Below are positions 42,804 through 56,664 of a DNA stretch of 64,000 nt, piece after piece. The stretch lies in the NCBI GenBank assembly GCA_036172245.1, contig JAYWIR010000015.1:4092001-4156000 (forward strand), written 5' to 3'. Numbering within the stretch: the first letter of the stretch is position 1; each line of letters begins with the position of its first letter. The position numbers and the translations under genes are program-made. The notes below the pieces were generated by a model. It searched no databases and had not been told where the DNA came from. It was given only the letters and a program-made list of their open reading frames with translations. The DNA comes from Raillietiella orientalis. Its lineage: Eukaryota.

Positions 42804-42838
42804 ACTCATCCATTCCAGTGCATGTGGAATGGATGAGT
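42804..42838. repeat. Perfect 14-bp inverted repeat, 7-nt loop
   Basis: actcatccattcca-gtgcatg-tggaatggatgagt. Confidence 0.9.
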
Positions 42839-45800
42839 GCGGAACTTTTTCATCTGATCCTTGAGTGACTTGCATGCTTTATCGAAGTAGGCACTATTGT
42901 GCACTTCAGAAACCCTGAAAGTACTTGTTTTGCTCACCAGAGAGTCTCGTGGCAACTGGAGTCTTCGCATAGACACAATCAGCATTCATCAGGTGAACAG
43001 ATAGCTTGATGTACACCCAACACCTTCAAAAGTAAGAAACACGTGGGCATTCGGACACTTCAGTCTTTCATCTGTCTCTTATCGAGATGCAACTTCGATA
43101 AGGGACAGATTCGTCAATGGCCAGGCCTCGCTCCGGAGGAATTGCCGTCATGATCACAATTGAACACCTGGAAGCCAGGTAAGTATCCAATTAGTACACA
43201 TGAAGAACTGAAATACTTTTTGATTGTTTGAGAACTTTCTCATCACTCTGCAGCCCAATCGTTCGTCTCCTATGTTTTGTCTGTGTGTACCAATTCTGTG
43301 AATCTCAACTAACCTCGTCGTCGTATTATTCGTCGTTGCCACAGATTGCAACTTTCGAGAATGGCAACCTTTCTTGTGCATGCTTTCTTATGCTGATTAC
43401 ATAATGATGATTTGTAAAGACTGAATCCGAATATCAGAGAATATCGGCAACTCCGTTTCTGAGCTTTCCTCCACAAGTCCAGCAGAACTCAACGCCTGTC
43501 TTCAGTTCTTCGGATGCCTTCTTGTTTCAGAAATGATGCAAACTCCGAGGAAAAAGCGATTCGATAGCAGTTGCATTTGAATTTAAATTTAATTTTAATT
43601 CATTACAGTCTGCAATTGCCGTCTTTTAGGCATTTAGAAGCTCCATGTATTACATTCTTTCTAATGAGGATGTTCTCACAGAATGGTTCTTGACAAACGC
43701 ACATGAGGCGTTCCTCATTCTGATCATGGACCTTTGACCTCTAAGTATTAAGTCAGGGGATCGTTGCAATAGAACGTTCTGGAATTTGCCTCATATAGAA
43801 GCAACATAGGAAAGCAGGTTCTGGAATGATGATAAAACAAAGCATTCATAAGTTCCGTTTTATTCCATATATGCACGTGAGTGCTGTCATCTTGATCCCT
43901 TGAAGTTTTGCAAACGCAGTTTCTATGGATTCATTGCAGAGGAGAGAAATGCGGAATTTGTTTTTCCATAAAATGTACTCGAGACAGCGGTTCACCGAAA
44001 CGAGCAGAGCAGACTCTTCCCCTATCTTAAGTGTCGCCTGCAGGTCAGTCTAGTGAGCATGGAAGCAGGGAGAATCTCACTAATCTCGCAAAGACAGTAA
44101 ATTTTCGATTCTCTCACGGACTGAATTTCCTCCAAATATCCAGATAGAGCCCCTTGTTTTTTGTATGAGGAACGGCTGTCGCATTAGTTTTGAAAAGGAC
44201 ACAATCCATCGCGTGTCACCACGAATTCGACAGAGGATTTCTATACCTTCCTAGCGATGAGATTTTCTCTTGTAGGAGTGCCTGAAACTGTGTTTGCCCG
44301 TTCTACTGATCAACAGGGAAAGATATTGTGATGATTGCAAAAATGTTCTCCAAAAACATGTGAATGTAGAATGGAGGTTTCATTCGCAAATGAAATAAAC
44401 AAATAAAAGTTCTGCTGAAGAGCAAAGAAATCAAACATGAAGGTGATGTTTCTGTTTACAAGAGCAATAGTTGCATGCTTTTGCATCAAGAAAATGTCTT
44501 TTACTAAGCACACTCACCTGTCAAATTCGAAGGTAAACGTCGGAGGCATTTTTGGATAAATGGATGGAATTTTAGAAAACCAAGAGAGTTCTTTGCTAGA
44601 AGCGCTGATGAAAGCAGGAGACAGTCCAAGGAATCCATTGCCGTGAAGAGAGTTCCAATATGCCGGAGGATGACCCGGTATTAAATAAAATCTTTGATTG
44701 ATTATAACCGTATCACTCATCTGGAAGTAAATGATGTGTGCATCATTGAACTAAGAGCTGAAATCATTAGATATCACTAATCCAATTTCAGAAGTCGCGA
44801 AATCTCAATAACCCAATGGAATAGATTGCTAACACTCATACAGTGGCAAAATGCCATGCTTCCTAAAACATCGGTAGCCGCATTCTTCCGGTAATACATG
44901 TGCGAAATCTGAGTAAAGTTATTAGATTATTGTCTTAGAGGTCTCGCTGCTCTATGGAACACTCGGAATCGAAGCAGCTTTCGTTTAGCTGCATGATGCA
45001 AGGTAAATTTCTTGAGAAACTGCAAACCCGCGAAAGACATCTTACTGTCACTTCTAGGCATGGTGCTTCATACAAATCCAAGGTTGACCAAGCTACATTT
45101 CCCGCAACGTGTTGCTTATTGCATGAAGACTCACACGAAAGTCATCTTCTCTCAGTTGGGCAAAGTAACGGATCCCATCCAGCTCGATGTTTGTGACATT
45201 GCTTAAGTACCTAAGACTGTAAGAATTTCTCAGCTCTGAGAAAATAAATAAGGAGAATGGAAATATAAGGAGTACAGTATATGGCCCTGGAATCCAACTT
45301 ACCATCTTGCCAATTTATTGTGATGAAGGCATTTCTTCCGTGAGGTATAACATGCAGGCTTTGCTCTGGCATTCCCAAGCTCAGTTTCAACAAAAGGTAC
45401 TGAAACAAAAGAAAATCCGAAAATGCTTTCCAATTTGGCACCCGCAGTTGTGAGATTCCAAAATTCCTCCTATCATTTCGCAAACGGAAAGACGAAATGC
45501 CATTACCAGACTAATCAATCGCTCGTGAAGCAGATGGAAACAACCGTGCTCGCTAGGCATGCATCTGTATAAAACTCGAACCCCATTGAACCCCAAGAAT
45601 GAATTCAACAGCTTTCTACTATTAGCAGGCGAGGGAAGAGAAGTTCGACGCGTAAACAGCACACATCTCTCGGCTCATTTACAGACTCGATTCAGATCGC
45701 AGGTTAAGGCTTGGCACTGCTTCATCTCAATTTACGCTTTCTTCCCAATTTAGCATCCAAATTACACTAATGCATTTTCTTCAGTGACAGCATATTCAGT

Positions 45801-47299
45801 TACTCTATTGGTCACGAACACCTTCTCATTTATCATGTTGGATGAAGCAGTCAACTAGGTTGACCAAGTCTTCTTGTGCCAATGCGATGAAGTTTGAAGA
45901 ACTGTCATCGGCTTCCCCAGGAACCACGCCGACGTACACATTTGCCATTCATTTGTTCAACAGGACGAGTACAAGTGTCGGTGTCCCCAGAAGTTACCCT
46001 GACGTGAATTTCAATCCTATGTAAGATAAAAAAATTATCTGATGGTTTGCAAGAAGCATGCAATGGAGCATAAAACTGAAGAGTTTTCTCTCCCTTACTA
46101 TTACTTCCTCCAGGGTTAGTGAACAGGAAACACTAGTCTGATAAGAAATGGAGGTGACCGTGAGTGTGAGCGTGAGTTTGGGTGCTAAAGCAATTTCGTA
46201 CATCCATAATTCGAAATCACAGACTAGTTGACATGGTGACTCGGTTACTTACTTCTGAAAACCAAGTTACCACCCCGATTTTGAAGTCTTTCTTTTTGAT
46301 GGATTCTCTCTCGCTGTTATTTACTTGTCCTAACAAACTCGGGAGCTCCAGATGGTCATCAACTGTCGCTTGTTCAGCACTCTGAGCGAAATGTGATGGC
46401 GTGTCAACGTTCCCTGTACGATGATGACAACCACTAAAAGAAATCTGATCAATTTTCATCAATCAACATCACGAATGAAATTTCATCCCTTTTCTATGAC
46501 TGATATTTGAGGCAACAGGTCATTAACAGTTTTGTACTTTATTTCGTTTGCAACTCTTCATGCATGCAACGAAACGAAAGACTGTGTTTCCTGAAATACA
46601 CTTGGAAACTCTTGAGAGAACTCCCTAGGAAACATCACTCGAAGCAAACACAGGAATAGACCCAAAAGCAGCAATAAATTATCATGAGGTCAACGTGAGA
46701 CTGATGTACCACGAGACAAACCGTCAAGGGACAGGAGTAGCTGTTTCGACTTTTCTAGTGCCCCAGGATGCTTGCATTTGACTGACAAGGAAGTCAAAAA
46801 AGAACAGAAATAACATAAATCAGGGTTGGTTGATGCTGAAAGCCCAAAGACGAGATTAATGGTGACGGATGGGAGATCAGAGTTGACGCACAAGTTGTCA
46901 AAGTAGCGCACTGATTGCCGACATGATAAAAAGGGTGCAGCCTCCCACATCGACTCAGGAAAAAGAATGCATGCGAATTAAGAAAAATGAAACAACCGCA
47001 TCAGTACTGAAAGATCGATCTTTTTCCGTGGCCAAGAGAAAGGCAAGGGTGATGCTTTCTAGGTATATCCTCACGCTCCGCTCTTGTTATCAACAAAAAC
47101 TTCATTCGTCCAGAATTTTCGTTTGAAATGAAGGCAGAAGATGAATACGGCACGTCTGCGTTTGGCTCTTCGATGCATAAAAATTTTGCTCCAGCAGATG
47201 AGTGGAGGAAAACTGCTGGTCTCTTGCTGAGCATCGCATATGCTAGTAATTAGGACGAACAAGTGTACTCTCTAAACTCAGAGCGTACAAGATTCCAGA

Positions 47300-48300
47300 A
47301 TATTTTCGTGGGAAACCTTAGTTCTCAGAGATTACCTGTTCATTTCCTCGTGGAGTGAAGGGCTCCATAAAAACAGGCATCCGAATATCAGCAATCTCAT
47401 TCTTACTCTGGTGCAGTTCTTTATGAAAAGACTCAAAAGAAGTTGCTGAAAATGTAAAAGGAAAAACTGAATTATTGGGTGCCACTTGCAAAGTCCCAAA
47501 GAAACATTTGATCCCTGAGAGATATCGTTTTACTGTCAGCAAAATTTGACTCTTTTCCGCAATGGGTAAGGGTCCTTAAGATCGCGACTGAGTATTAGAT
47601 AGCCTCACTGGTGGAGAAATGTAACGAGTCCAAATGATCCCCGCCGAATACGGCATTATGACCGCAATCTGGACATTGATTTTACTGATGCATTGGCACT
47701 ACTGACAGCTGGTAACTCGTCACTGCAGTTCATCATCATTCTGCAACTTTGGCGACGCTCTCTAACTCTCTCCGATACGGAGCGCAGCTTACTGCGTTCA
47801 GGCACCTCCACAATGAGAGATTGACCATGAACAACATTGCTTTTGCCTTCGGAGCTGCAAAGCATTCCAGTATATCTACACTTCCTTACAGACCAAGAGG
47901 TTAACAACAAATACACCATACCATTGGAGAAGATCTGGTTTCGCGCTTGTGATTTCTTGACGCCTAATCCTAATTGAGCAACGTCGCCAAATGAAGAAAG
48001 CAAAGTATCTTGTAGTGGTCAGAGTAATAGGGCTACCTGAGGCGAGCTGGAGATATAAGAAACTGGTGGTTTTATTGTTTAGAAGATCCTCTTCTGAAAT
48101 CTAGGTGCAAGCTCGGAGATGTTCGATTACAAGGAAGAAAGAAAGATTACAAATGTCCAGAATACACGAGAAAACGGACTCGAGAAATCAGAAAACTCCT
48201 TTTGCAGCATTTCCTCTCATCAATACGGTGATTCTTCATCCAGGTGGTCTTATTTCAAAGTATGTATCCCACCATTTGTTCCCGCATTGTAGTTGTGTAA
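47300..48300 (-). mobile_element. Decayed RT C-terminal/thumb remnant of an L1-like element
   Basis: ORF 47656-48003 FGDVAQLGLGVKKSQ...RYTGM resembles the GL-x-N..K / KYLG region. Confidence 0.25.
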
Positions 48301-48790
48301 GTAGGCAAATCAGTTGCAATCAATGATCCAGAGATGCCATCCATTTGGAAAGTACACTGACTTCCGCCTACAATAAAAGATCGACTGAGCTCTGTGTAGT
48401 GTGTTGCCGCTCTGATTCGAAAACTACATCTTTTCCCAGCGTCTCAGAAACCGGGAACTCTTTCTGCCCTGCATTCCCGCTTGAGACCCTCTGCCTCCAA
48501 TCTCCCATCTTCTTCACCTTATATCAGTGTTCAACAGTGGATCCACAAAATCCTGCATCAAGGAATCTAACCCGTTACTTCGAATGGGAGTTTTTCGAAT
48601 GTTGGTCTCTATGCAGGGTCTTTATGAATAGGTAAAGAACATAAGGAAGTGATGACATGAAGATGGTGGTGAAATTTTTCCGAAAAAGTCGCTCTCTCAG
48701 AAAAGCTCCATCGCCATCTTCCACCTGTAACTGACAAACTTGCTTATGCGAACTACAAATGTTTTCCACATATTCTTGGTATCACGTATT

Positions 48791-48827
48791 CTACACTTTG
48801 ATCTTAGCCAAAAGGCCGAGAAGCGAT
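48791..48827 (-). pseudogene. U2: 3'-truncated U2 snRNA retrocopy (nt 1-37) with target-site duplication
   Basis: Reverse complement ATCGCTTCTCGGCCTTTTGGCTAAGATCAAAGTGTAG is the U2 5' end. Flanked by the direct repeat attcttggtatc at 48772-48783 and 48826-48837. Confidence 0.92.
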
Positions 48828-48839
48828 TCTTGGTATCGA

Positions 48840-49700
48840 GAAGACGAAAGTGCTCGTAGCCTTATTTTCGAAACTCAATTGGACAAACCGTTTAATGTTT
48901 ACACGCCTGTATCCCAATCGCATTTTGCTTTTGTCATATCTGAAGGTTCGGGAAGGAATCCCTACTGAGAATATATGCTTCATGCATCTTTTATTGTGGC
49001 GCTCTGTTGACTTCTTCAGGTTTCACAAAATCAACAAGACACCCAGTGGTCGTTTCCTATTTATATTGCTCATATGGAAAAAGAAACCAAAGTTCAAATT
49101 CATACCTACTTCATGCCAGCTCACCAACAGGGAACTGCTGCGGCAACTGGGATGAGATCGGAACACTGCGGAGTAGCCCTAGCCTGTGTTAGCCGAACAC
49201 TGCACTCTGAAGGAAAACTTACACCAAACACACTTGACGTGGCTTTCGATGGTGGGGAGAGTGCAAGATTGCCGATGTTTGAGTCGCTGCCTCAAAGCGT
49301 CAATTTTTGTCCCACGGTAGTCAATTAGAATGAAAAAACGAAGGTTGCTCTCTATCATCTTAAGCAGTTGTCTGCATCTCATCTTCAAAATTTATTTTCC
49401 GTGTTGCCTCTGAATAAGAGTTTTGTTAATAGTTGAAAACCTCATTTTGATTTTATGTGAGAACTTTACTTTTCAAGTATTTGGTGTCCAATTCTGGAGC
49501 AATCGTTGTAAATTTCACCAGTACGATGTGCAATAAAGCCTTGAAAACCAGATGGTGTTTCCCTTTGAAGGTTGAAATACTTGTAGAAGCAGGTGGAATA
49601 CAGAAGAGTAAGTTGTTATGCCATTTAATCTTCAGCAGGTGTCTTTCATTTGTGCTGAGAACTGTGCCTGTTCTCCTATGGGATGTGTAGTTGCTTTCCA
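48840..49700 (+). mobile_element. Decayed APE endonuclease remnant of an L1-like element
   Basis: LIFETQLD (QET-like), PSGRFLFILL (GR motif), TYFMP (IYxP-like) and AFDGGE (GGDFN-like) occur in order, in shifting frames. Confidence 0.35.
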
Positions 49701-50464
49701 AGGTGAAGTCTCATGTTGTGTTCGTAAAAGAATACCAAACAACATATTCCTGAGCATTGCCAATTGGATTGTTCAATGAAGGAAGATTTGGTGATGGTTT
49801 CCTGGAACAGTAACTTCATCCTATATTCCGCACAGTGGCAGCACTGAAAACGAAAGACAATTTCTCTTTGAGAATAATTGCAGAATGGGGAATGAGAAAT
49901 AGAAAACCGTGTCTTTCGCAGTTATCTTTAACAGACGTTGAAAACTTTGTTCACTTTTTCTTGAGATGTATGCCTTTTCATGTAGAGAGCCGCATGTTGT
50001 GTCCGCGCCCAGAGTCCCACACTACATGGCGCTAAACGTTGACGATAGAAGTGGTCGGTGTAAAGCCACTGCGTGTTCGGTTTTTGTAAAGTCAGCACTT
50101 TTATCCGATATTGATCAAGGTAAGAGCACCAAAACCGAGTGGAAGTTCCTCTTAGGAAGGAAACGTGGGAAAAAGATGAAATATTGTATCACATTTCTTC
50201 CCGACTAGGAATCCCTGTCTAATTGCTGTGCATTTTTCCTTGACAAAAGGATGGATACACAGCAGACATCAGTTGGTTCCCGTCAAGAGAAGTCACTCTC
50301 AATGCTTGACGAATCGGTCAAAGCAGTACTGCTCCTATTCCAAAGAAGATTTGGGAAATTAGTCTGCCTATTAGATGTACCCGAGCTGCCTGCTGCCGAT
50401 CGCTCGGTTTACAAACAGGGCATCAAGCCATCACTTGCTTGAATTTCAAAGAATTATCCTCTTT

Positions 50465-51130
50465 TTCATCTGCTGTTGCCCTCAGAGCAATCGGCACTGT
50501 TGATGCTGTCCGTCATTTCTGCCCCTTCCGGTAGGAGCTGGCCCGGTGCGCCGTTTGCGGGAAAGATGAAACGGTGGACGTGCTTTAAGGAGCTCCTTGG
50601 ATGACGCGCGAGTTTGCGCACCGCAGAGGAAGCACACGGTCTTCCCAATCGCTCTCCGTTTGACGTGCTCTCTGGATGATTCTCCTTCCTGAATACCCTT
50701 TTCCGTTTTCAATTTCCTCCGGACAGTCCACCACCGGCTGCCGATCCACTGAGAGAAATCGCTCGTGTTTATTCCTCCCCTTCTCAACGGAGCAGTTTGC
50801 TTCTTCCTCTACACCTGCTGTTCCACGTGCTCCCGATTTCTCCGTTGTGCTCGCCATCAGCAGACTCGCAACATCCGCGGAGACCCGGAAGAACGTGATT
50901 GTGCCATCTTGGCGATTCCCATCCGGGTTCTACACTAGCGTGTCCACCGTTGTTGCGATGCCAGCGGCGAAATATAATTCAAGAAAGCTGCATGGGTCAA
51001 TAACGGGATGACGGGGATCTCGTACGGAGTCCATGAGCTCCTCCGAGATAGCCAAGAGGCACGAACCGTGAGGGATGCGCTTTTGTGTGAGAGTTCGAAC
51101 ACATCACTGCACATATGGAGACGCATGATT
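50465..51130 (-). mobile_element. GC-rich retroelement ORF1/gag remnant
   Basis: GKTVCFLCGAQTRASSKE resembles a degenerate C-x2-C-x4-H-x4-C knuckle. Confidence 0.35.
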
Positions 51131-53060
51131 GACGAGATGCTATGAGGGATTTCTCTCTTGGCTGTTCGTCCTTGCCACTCCTTCAGATGTTCGAGTGATG
51201 CAATCCACTGATCTCTCTCGGAGAGAGGGAGAGATTATATCAGTTGCGCTGAAAATTGTTTGTTATCTCTTCAGTTGCAGAAGATGATCGGGTAAACCTA
51301 GCTAGCAATTTCGGATCTTGCTGCTGGACCAGTCGTTAGTATGTGCTTGGAGATAAGAGAGACACGTATTCGAACTCTCGGTCCAAAATGAGTCACTGGT
51401 GCTTGAGATGCGAAGCGCCTCTGGAATTAGGCGTTCCTCAGGTTTGATTTGCTGATCAATCGCCAAAGAAATTCCGAAAAAACGTCTCAACACTCCGATA
51501 CTGTTACCAAGAGAGCATCTTGAGATTCCCAATGCTTGGAAATCCTCAAGTGGACAGCTAGAAGTAAAGCACCAATCATGCGATGAGAATCCAAGAAATC
51601 GAATCGTACGAAGATTTATCACATGATACGTGATTTGACTCCGCAGGCAACAAACCCAATGAGAATCTTCAGGAAGGATGCTAACAGCCTGTTCCGTGTA
51701 ATCATTCTGTGTGATGGATTCAGCAGTGCAAAGACCTGCTCTCACACCGGCTCGAGGGCATCCCACTTTTGTTGAGTTTCTGGGGATGCTTATAACGAAA
51801 AGCAAGGCTTACCAGGAATCTCGCGTACCTCTTTGGAGATACTTTGATGTCTGAATCTATCGCCAAGAATGAAGATGGATTCCTAAAATAATCATTTCTC
51901 CGTGCGTTTTGAATGATTTGGGGTGCCGGACCAATAAATTAGAAAATCTTAGTAAATGTGACTGATATGGCACATCGTTTTACCAATGACACTGTCCTTC
52001 CAGAGCCGAATTCCAAGCCATCATGTTCTGCATCATGGCGTGGAATTCGGATTCAGTGTCGTATCACGGGACCATCTACTCTTCCGGGCAGTTGGTTCTG
52101 TGACTTTTTGCTTAGAGAACGATCGAGAATGTATCCTGCATTTTGAATTGTTTCTTATTTATCAGATTCGCTCCATTATTTTGTAAATTGTGCAGACTCT
52201 TCACCGTGGCGAAGCCAGCATTTCGATGAACCCTCATCTCATTCTACTGCCTCTTAGTGTGCTGATAGCAGTCGTTCTTCGAAAATCTGGGTAAAAAATA
52301 TTAAGAATGAAAACCACGGAAACAGAAAATTCCTGGTGAATATGTGTTTCGCGTGCCGTGCGTTCAGCAATTTCTATAAGTATGACATGCGGGGACGATA
52401 CTTTACGCAATGGTGCTGCTTAAAAAAAGCGAGTATGCAGGCTGGAAAATAGAAGTTCGATTCTCTAAACGCCTCCAAGAACATGACTATGCAGACACAC
52501 CTATCAGTTTCCCTCCAGAACTGTTCGATTAGATTAGAGATCTGTTAGTATGAGTTCAAATTATTACACGTTGCTCTACATCCAAGCTTTCGATTCCCCA
52601 TCCGTAGAATGCCTCGAGGGTCCACTATTCATTCCCTGAAATGTTGTAAATTCACTGTTCAGCCCTGACTGCAATCTCACTGGGGACACTTCTTTTCAAC
52701 TTCACTTTGCCGATGAGAGATGGCGGCATGGCTCAGTGAGGTGCATGAGCAATGACTCCAACACTTTGAGGTGCTCGAGTTATTAAGCATTGCTCGAAAA
52801 AAAGGATGTTAAGCCCAAGAAGCCCGTTCTGAAGGAACTTAGCAGCAGTGACCCAAATAGAAATTCACTACCATCCGAAGAACTTCATATCGACTTGGCT
52901 AGTCTAATTTGATTTAGGAGTTAATTAGTTTGTCATCAAGGCAAAAGAAAACACACCTGGATATTATTTCAAGATCTCTCCTACTAGAATGGAAATCAGT
53001 CATTTTCGGAGGAAACATGCACTCGAGTTGAGCGTTGCGACAATGACGTCATGAGGTCAT

Positions 53061-53356
53061 AGGTGCCTGTGAAGGCTCCTGCTCCATCTTGAAACAGGAC
53101 GGGTCCCCCCGTTGTGGGATGTCCGCTCTCCGTTGTACGACCGGAGGGGGAACTCCCCACTCCTTGATTCCTGGAAGGACCCGGAGGTCGACTCCCATTG
53201 TTCCGGCCTTCATCGGGGGCCTCCGGCTTTATCCACCGCCGGTGCCACGCCCGAATGATTAGGCCAACGAGCGCCGTTGCAGGAGAAACTCGGAACCCAA
53301 CGACGCCGTGGCGTCAGTTTCTGCCGAAGTATTCGAACCCGCGACGCATGGTACCA
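53061..53356 (-). mobile_element. tRNA-headed SINE-like element, internal fragment (subfamily A, diverged)
   Basis: Aligns with 57886-58178, including GGTTCGAATAC on minus strand. ORF 53198-53482 shares translated text with ORF 57933-58412. Confidence 0.85.
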
Positions 53357-54979
53357 AAGCAAATGCTTGCTGGGTTTTATATGACCTCAAAACTCCCTGC
53401 ATTTGAAGATCTTCATACTGTTGAAAAATTCCATGCATTGAGTTTCAGTGTCATACAAATTGCAAGCAAGTTTGGTAAATGAAAAGCGTTTACAGTGTCA
53501 ATAATGTTGCTTCTAGGTACCTAGTGTATGCAGAAATCACATTCGGCATTCCTCATCTCTGTTGCAGTCTATGTTCTTTTGACCTTTGCTGCAAATCGAC
53601 ATTAAGTAACTCATAAACGGCTCACTGTATTCATAATACAGATTCTTCAGCTATCGACCACGATCGAAATTGGACATCACGATCACCAAAATAATTGTGT
53701 GCAGAGTACGTGCACGTCAGCTCAGATGTACATGCTGCTGTGAAACTTCCTAACTGTTACATTCTCAATATCCAACTTGGGGATGACGAACAGTCTTTGG
53801 TGCTTGAGAGTTTCACAACTGAAAAATCAGTCAGACAACTCATGCTGCACTCGAAAGAGCTGATGGCTTATTGTTCATTCTGTATCGAACAAAGTAGTGT
53901 CTACTAATCAAGGAATCAAGATAGAAGCATCCTGAAAACAACTATTGGTTAATCAGTCTGGCTAACATCCTCCAATTAGAGTAGATGCAACATGCTCCGA
54001 TTTCCAATGATGGTAGTCTTTTCTCATGAGATGAGGAGCGAGAAATTCGATCTTCTCTTTGCTGAAGCTATCAAAACGGAAATCAATCTTCGGATCTGAA
54101 GAGCTTAATGCCAGAGGAATGGCCAGAATGAAATGTGCCCTGTTATTTCGTTTCGGATATGCAACGTGGAAAGAAAAATCTTTTCTCAGACCATACATTA
54201 TCACTGAGTCGACAACTGCGGCAGACTCTTCCTCGGAGGGACCAGCGAAGAGCTGCGCGAAGTATTAGGAATGGGAGGTCCCGCCGTTGATTTTACGAAG
54301 AACAGTAGCGCAAGAAGCATGATAGGACCATGGAGGAAAAGCAAAAAAGATGAGAACTGAAGAGTCCAGAAAACCAATAGACCATCGTGCGAGCAGGATG
54401 GTAGATCCACTTCCAGTAGGAAGCTCTTCCTGCATCTCTTGCAAAAAGTTAGTGACCGCTTGCGGAAAACACAACACATATTTCACCTCAAAAATACACT
54501 ATTAAAATAAGAATTTAGAACAGAACTCCAATGAAAGAGACCCTGCACACGGAGACAAGCGTTTCGCAAGGAGATGCATACCATTCTATGAAAGGAGAAG
54601 AGGGAAAATAGCTGCAAGCGTCAGCTAAGTCGAACGAATAGAAAGTGAAACAACGAAAAGAAAGAAACTGAGCATCTTGATGGAATCAAGATCGTCATGG
54701 AGAGCACGGACGATTTCAGCGCCTTCAGATAACTGGATTTTAGTTTCCCATTATTCTTCAAAGCCTCACTCTCCTTGACAAACTGAGTCATAGAAAGAGG
54801 AAAGTGAAATGGAAGCAGAAAGAGTCCATCAAGAAGGTTGCCTAGCTTGCACAAGTTCTCTTTCAAAATTTTAAAAGTTCTGTGTACTGAGTGACCGGAA
54901 GGATTGCATAAAATACAGGAGCCAGAATCCTTACCATCTTCATCTACATGTCCTATGCATTTTGTTCTCTTCGGATAAG

Positions 54980-55060
54980 GAACAATACCCCTTAGTTGTA
55001 AAATTATGGCAGAATAATTGGGAAAATTTTTCCGGTTATTTCAGATATTCCTGCCCGGTA
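54980..55060 (+). pseudogene. Fragment resembling a bacterial IS256-family transposase C-terminal region (Wolbachia/Rickettsiales-like)
   Basis: EQYPLVVKLWQNNWENFSGYFRYSCPV matches the IS256 pattern KYP-x(3)-SW-x-NNWENL-x(2)-YF-x-Y that precedes IYTTN (pattern recalled, not searched). Short AT-rich patch inside LINE debris. Confidence 0.65.
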
Positions 55061-56650
55061 TGGAATCGTTTCCAAAAAAAGCCTTCGTACACATCTTCTG
55101 TTGGTACCAGTTTTTCTTGTGCGTTGATGCTCCGGGAGATTCCTTCATCAGGAGACTGTCCCAATCTGTGGATCCAATTGCTATCGCGAGCCAAAATGTA
55201 TGTTAGAGGCAAACATGGGGCACGTAATTTTTCGAGGTACAGCCGCGGGGTCTTCAGCCCTCGCATCATCTGTTCATTTTGGAGCCTCAGGACGTCGACA
55301 GTGGGAATAATTAGGCCTCTAACGGTCACTTGAACATCCACGTCGACAAAGAGGCAGAGATGAATTTGCCTGTGGTTTCCTTGCTTCTTAGAGCACTTCT
55401 GAACGCTTGAGGGGTGCTCTCGAAGGCAGCAACATCCATAGTGAGGACGATTCCCCCAAAACACTTTCTTCTCCTTGCTCAGTACCAGATGGTTCGGAGA
55501 CGAGAATCCATTCCAAAGATGTACTTGTCCCAGGAAACCTCCTTGCAGATCAACCACATCGAAAGGTTGGCCTCGAAAGAATATATGGAAACTTCCGTCT
55601 ACCTCCTTCTCGGGAGCAGCAGAGACGCGTTTATTGCAACGTGCACTAAAAGAAGGGTGGCTGTGACATGACATCAACACTGTTTGCATTTCCTCCCAGT
55701 GTTCTGGGATGGAACTCAGCAGAAACTCTGCTTCTTGCTCATCTGCCTTTCCTAACCACTGACGGATTCTGAGGTGCTGACTCTGGCTTCAAGGTTGCAG
55801 GACATCTCTCTCCTCGTTTGTGAAAAACCCTTCGAAACGAAACTTCTTTCCTCGATATTTCCTGTTTGCTTTCCTTGGTCTGTTCCCCGACCTTCTCATC
55901 CCGACATGCCGGAACACTCGCTCAGAGCAGATAAAGGAAATGGAAACGCTACCAGTGGAGGTGGGGTGTCTTCTGTTCCAAGAAGAAGGGTCAGAACCCT
56001 TATCGGAGAGAGGACTGGTGCAAAATTAAAGGATGAGGTGGGATGGCCGGTAAATGGTCGAGTGAAAGAGAGGCACGGTCCGGAACCCATATGGTGGTGA
56101 ACAAGATCCCTGAGGGCCTGGGTCTCCCACGTGCTCAAGAGTAGGGGTCGCCGCATATGGAAGATCAACACTTGTGTTTCAGCCACACTTGAAAACGGGA
56201 GTGTTCCATCGCGCATGCGGTCCAGGAACAGAGAGTTGAATCCCGGAGTCGCGGAATGAAAAACCACAGGACAAATAATGGGGAAGAAGAGATCATCGAA
56301 CTCCCGTACTTCCGTTCCCCGGATGCTGCACGTCACGCCCGACGGCCTATCTCGCTGCTCCATCCTGCTCCGCTCCTCTCCGCGGCTCGGAGATGAACTG
56401 GAGGAGGATGGCAGAGCCCTATCTCAATGTGACCACATGTGCCTCAGATGTTGCGCGGGACCATGACCACAGCCTCCAGAGAAAGTGCATCTCGGAGTTG
56501 TCACCAGGTCGCTCTGGGGCGTTCATTGCTGCAAATAAACTTGCAACTTTCGTGGTAGCAGGCCCCACTACGACAAACTCATCAATGGACCTGCCGGGTC
56601 GCCGGTACACAGACCGACGGGCTCACCGCGGCAGCAAAGGGAAGATGGGC
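55061..56650 (-). mobile_element. Decayed L1/Tx1-like ORF2 (end of APE domain and linker)
   Basis: GRSIDEFVV (RID motif), an SD-like motif in a shifted frame, and LWRLW (WR/KLN-like) near 56600-56470. Confidence 0.4.
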
Positions 56651-56664
56651 GAAAACAAATATGG

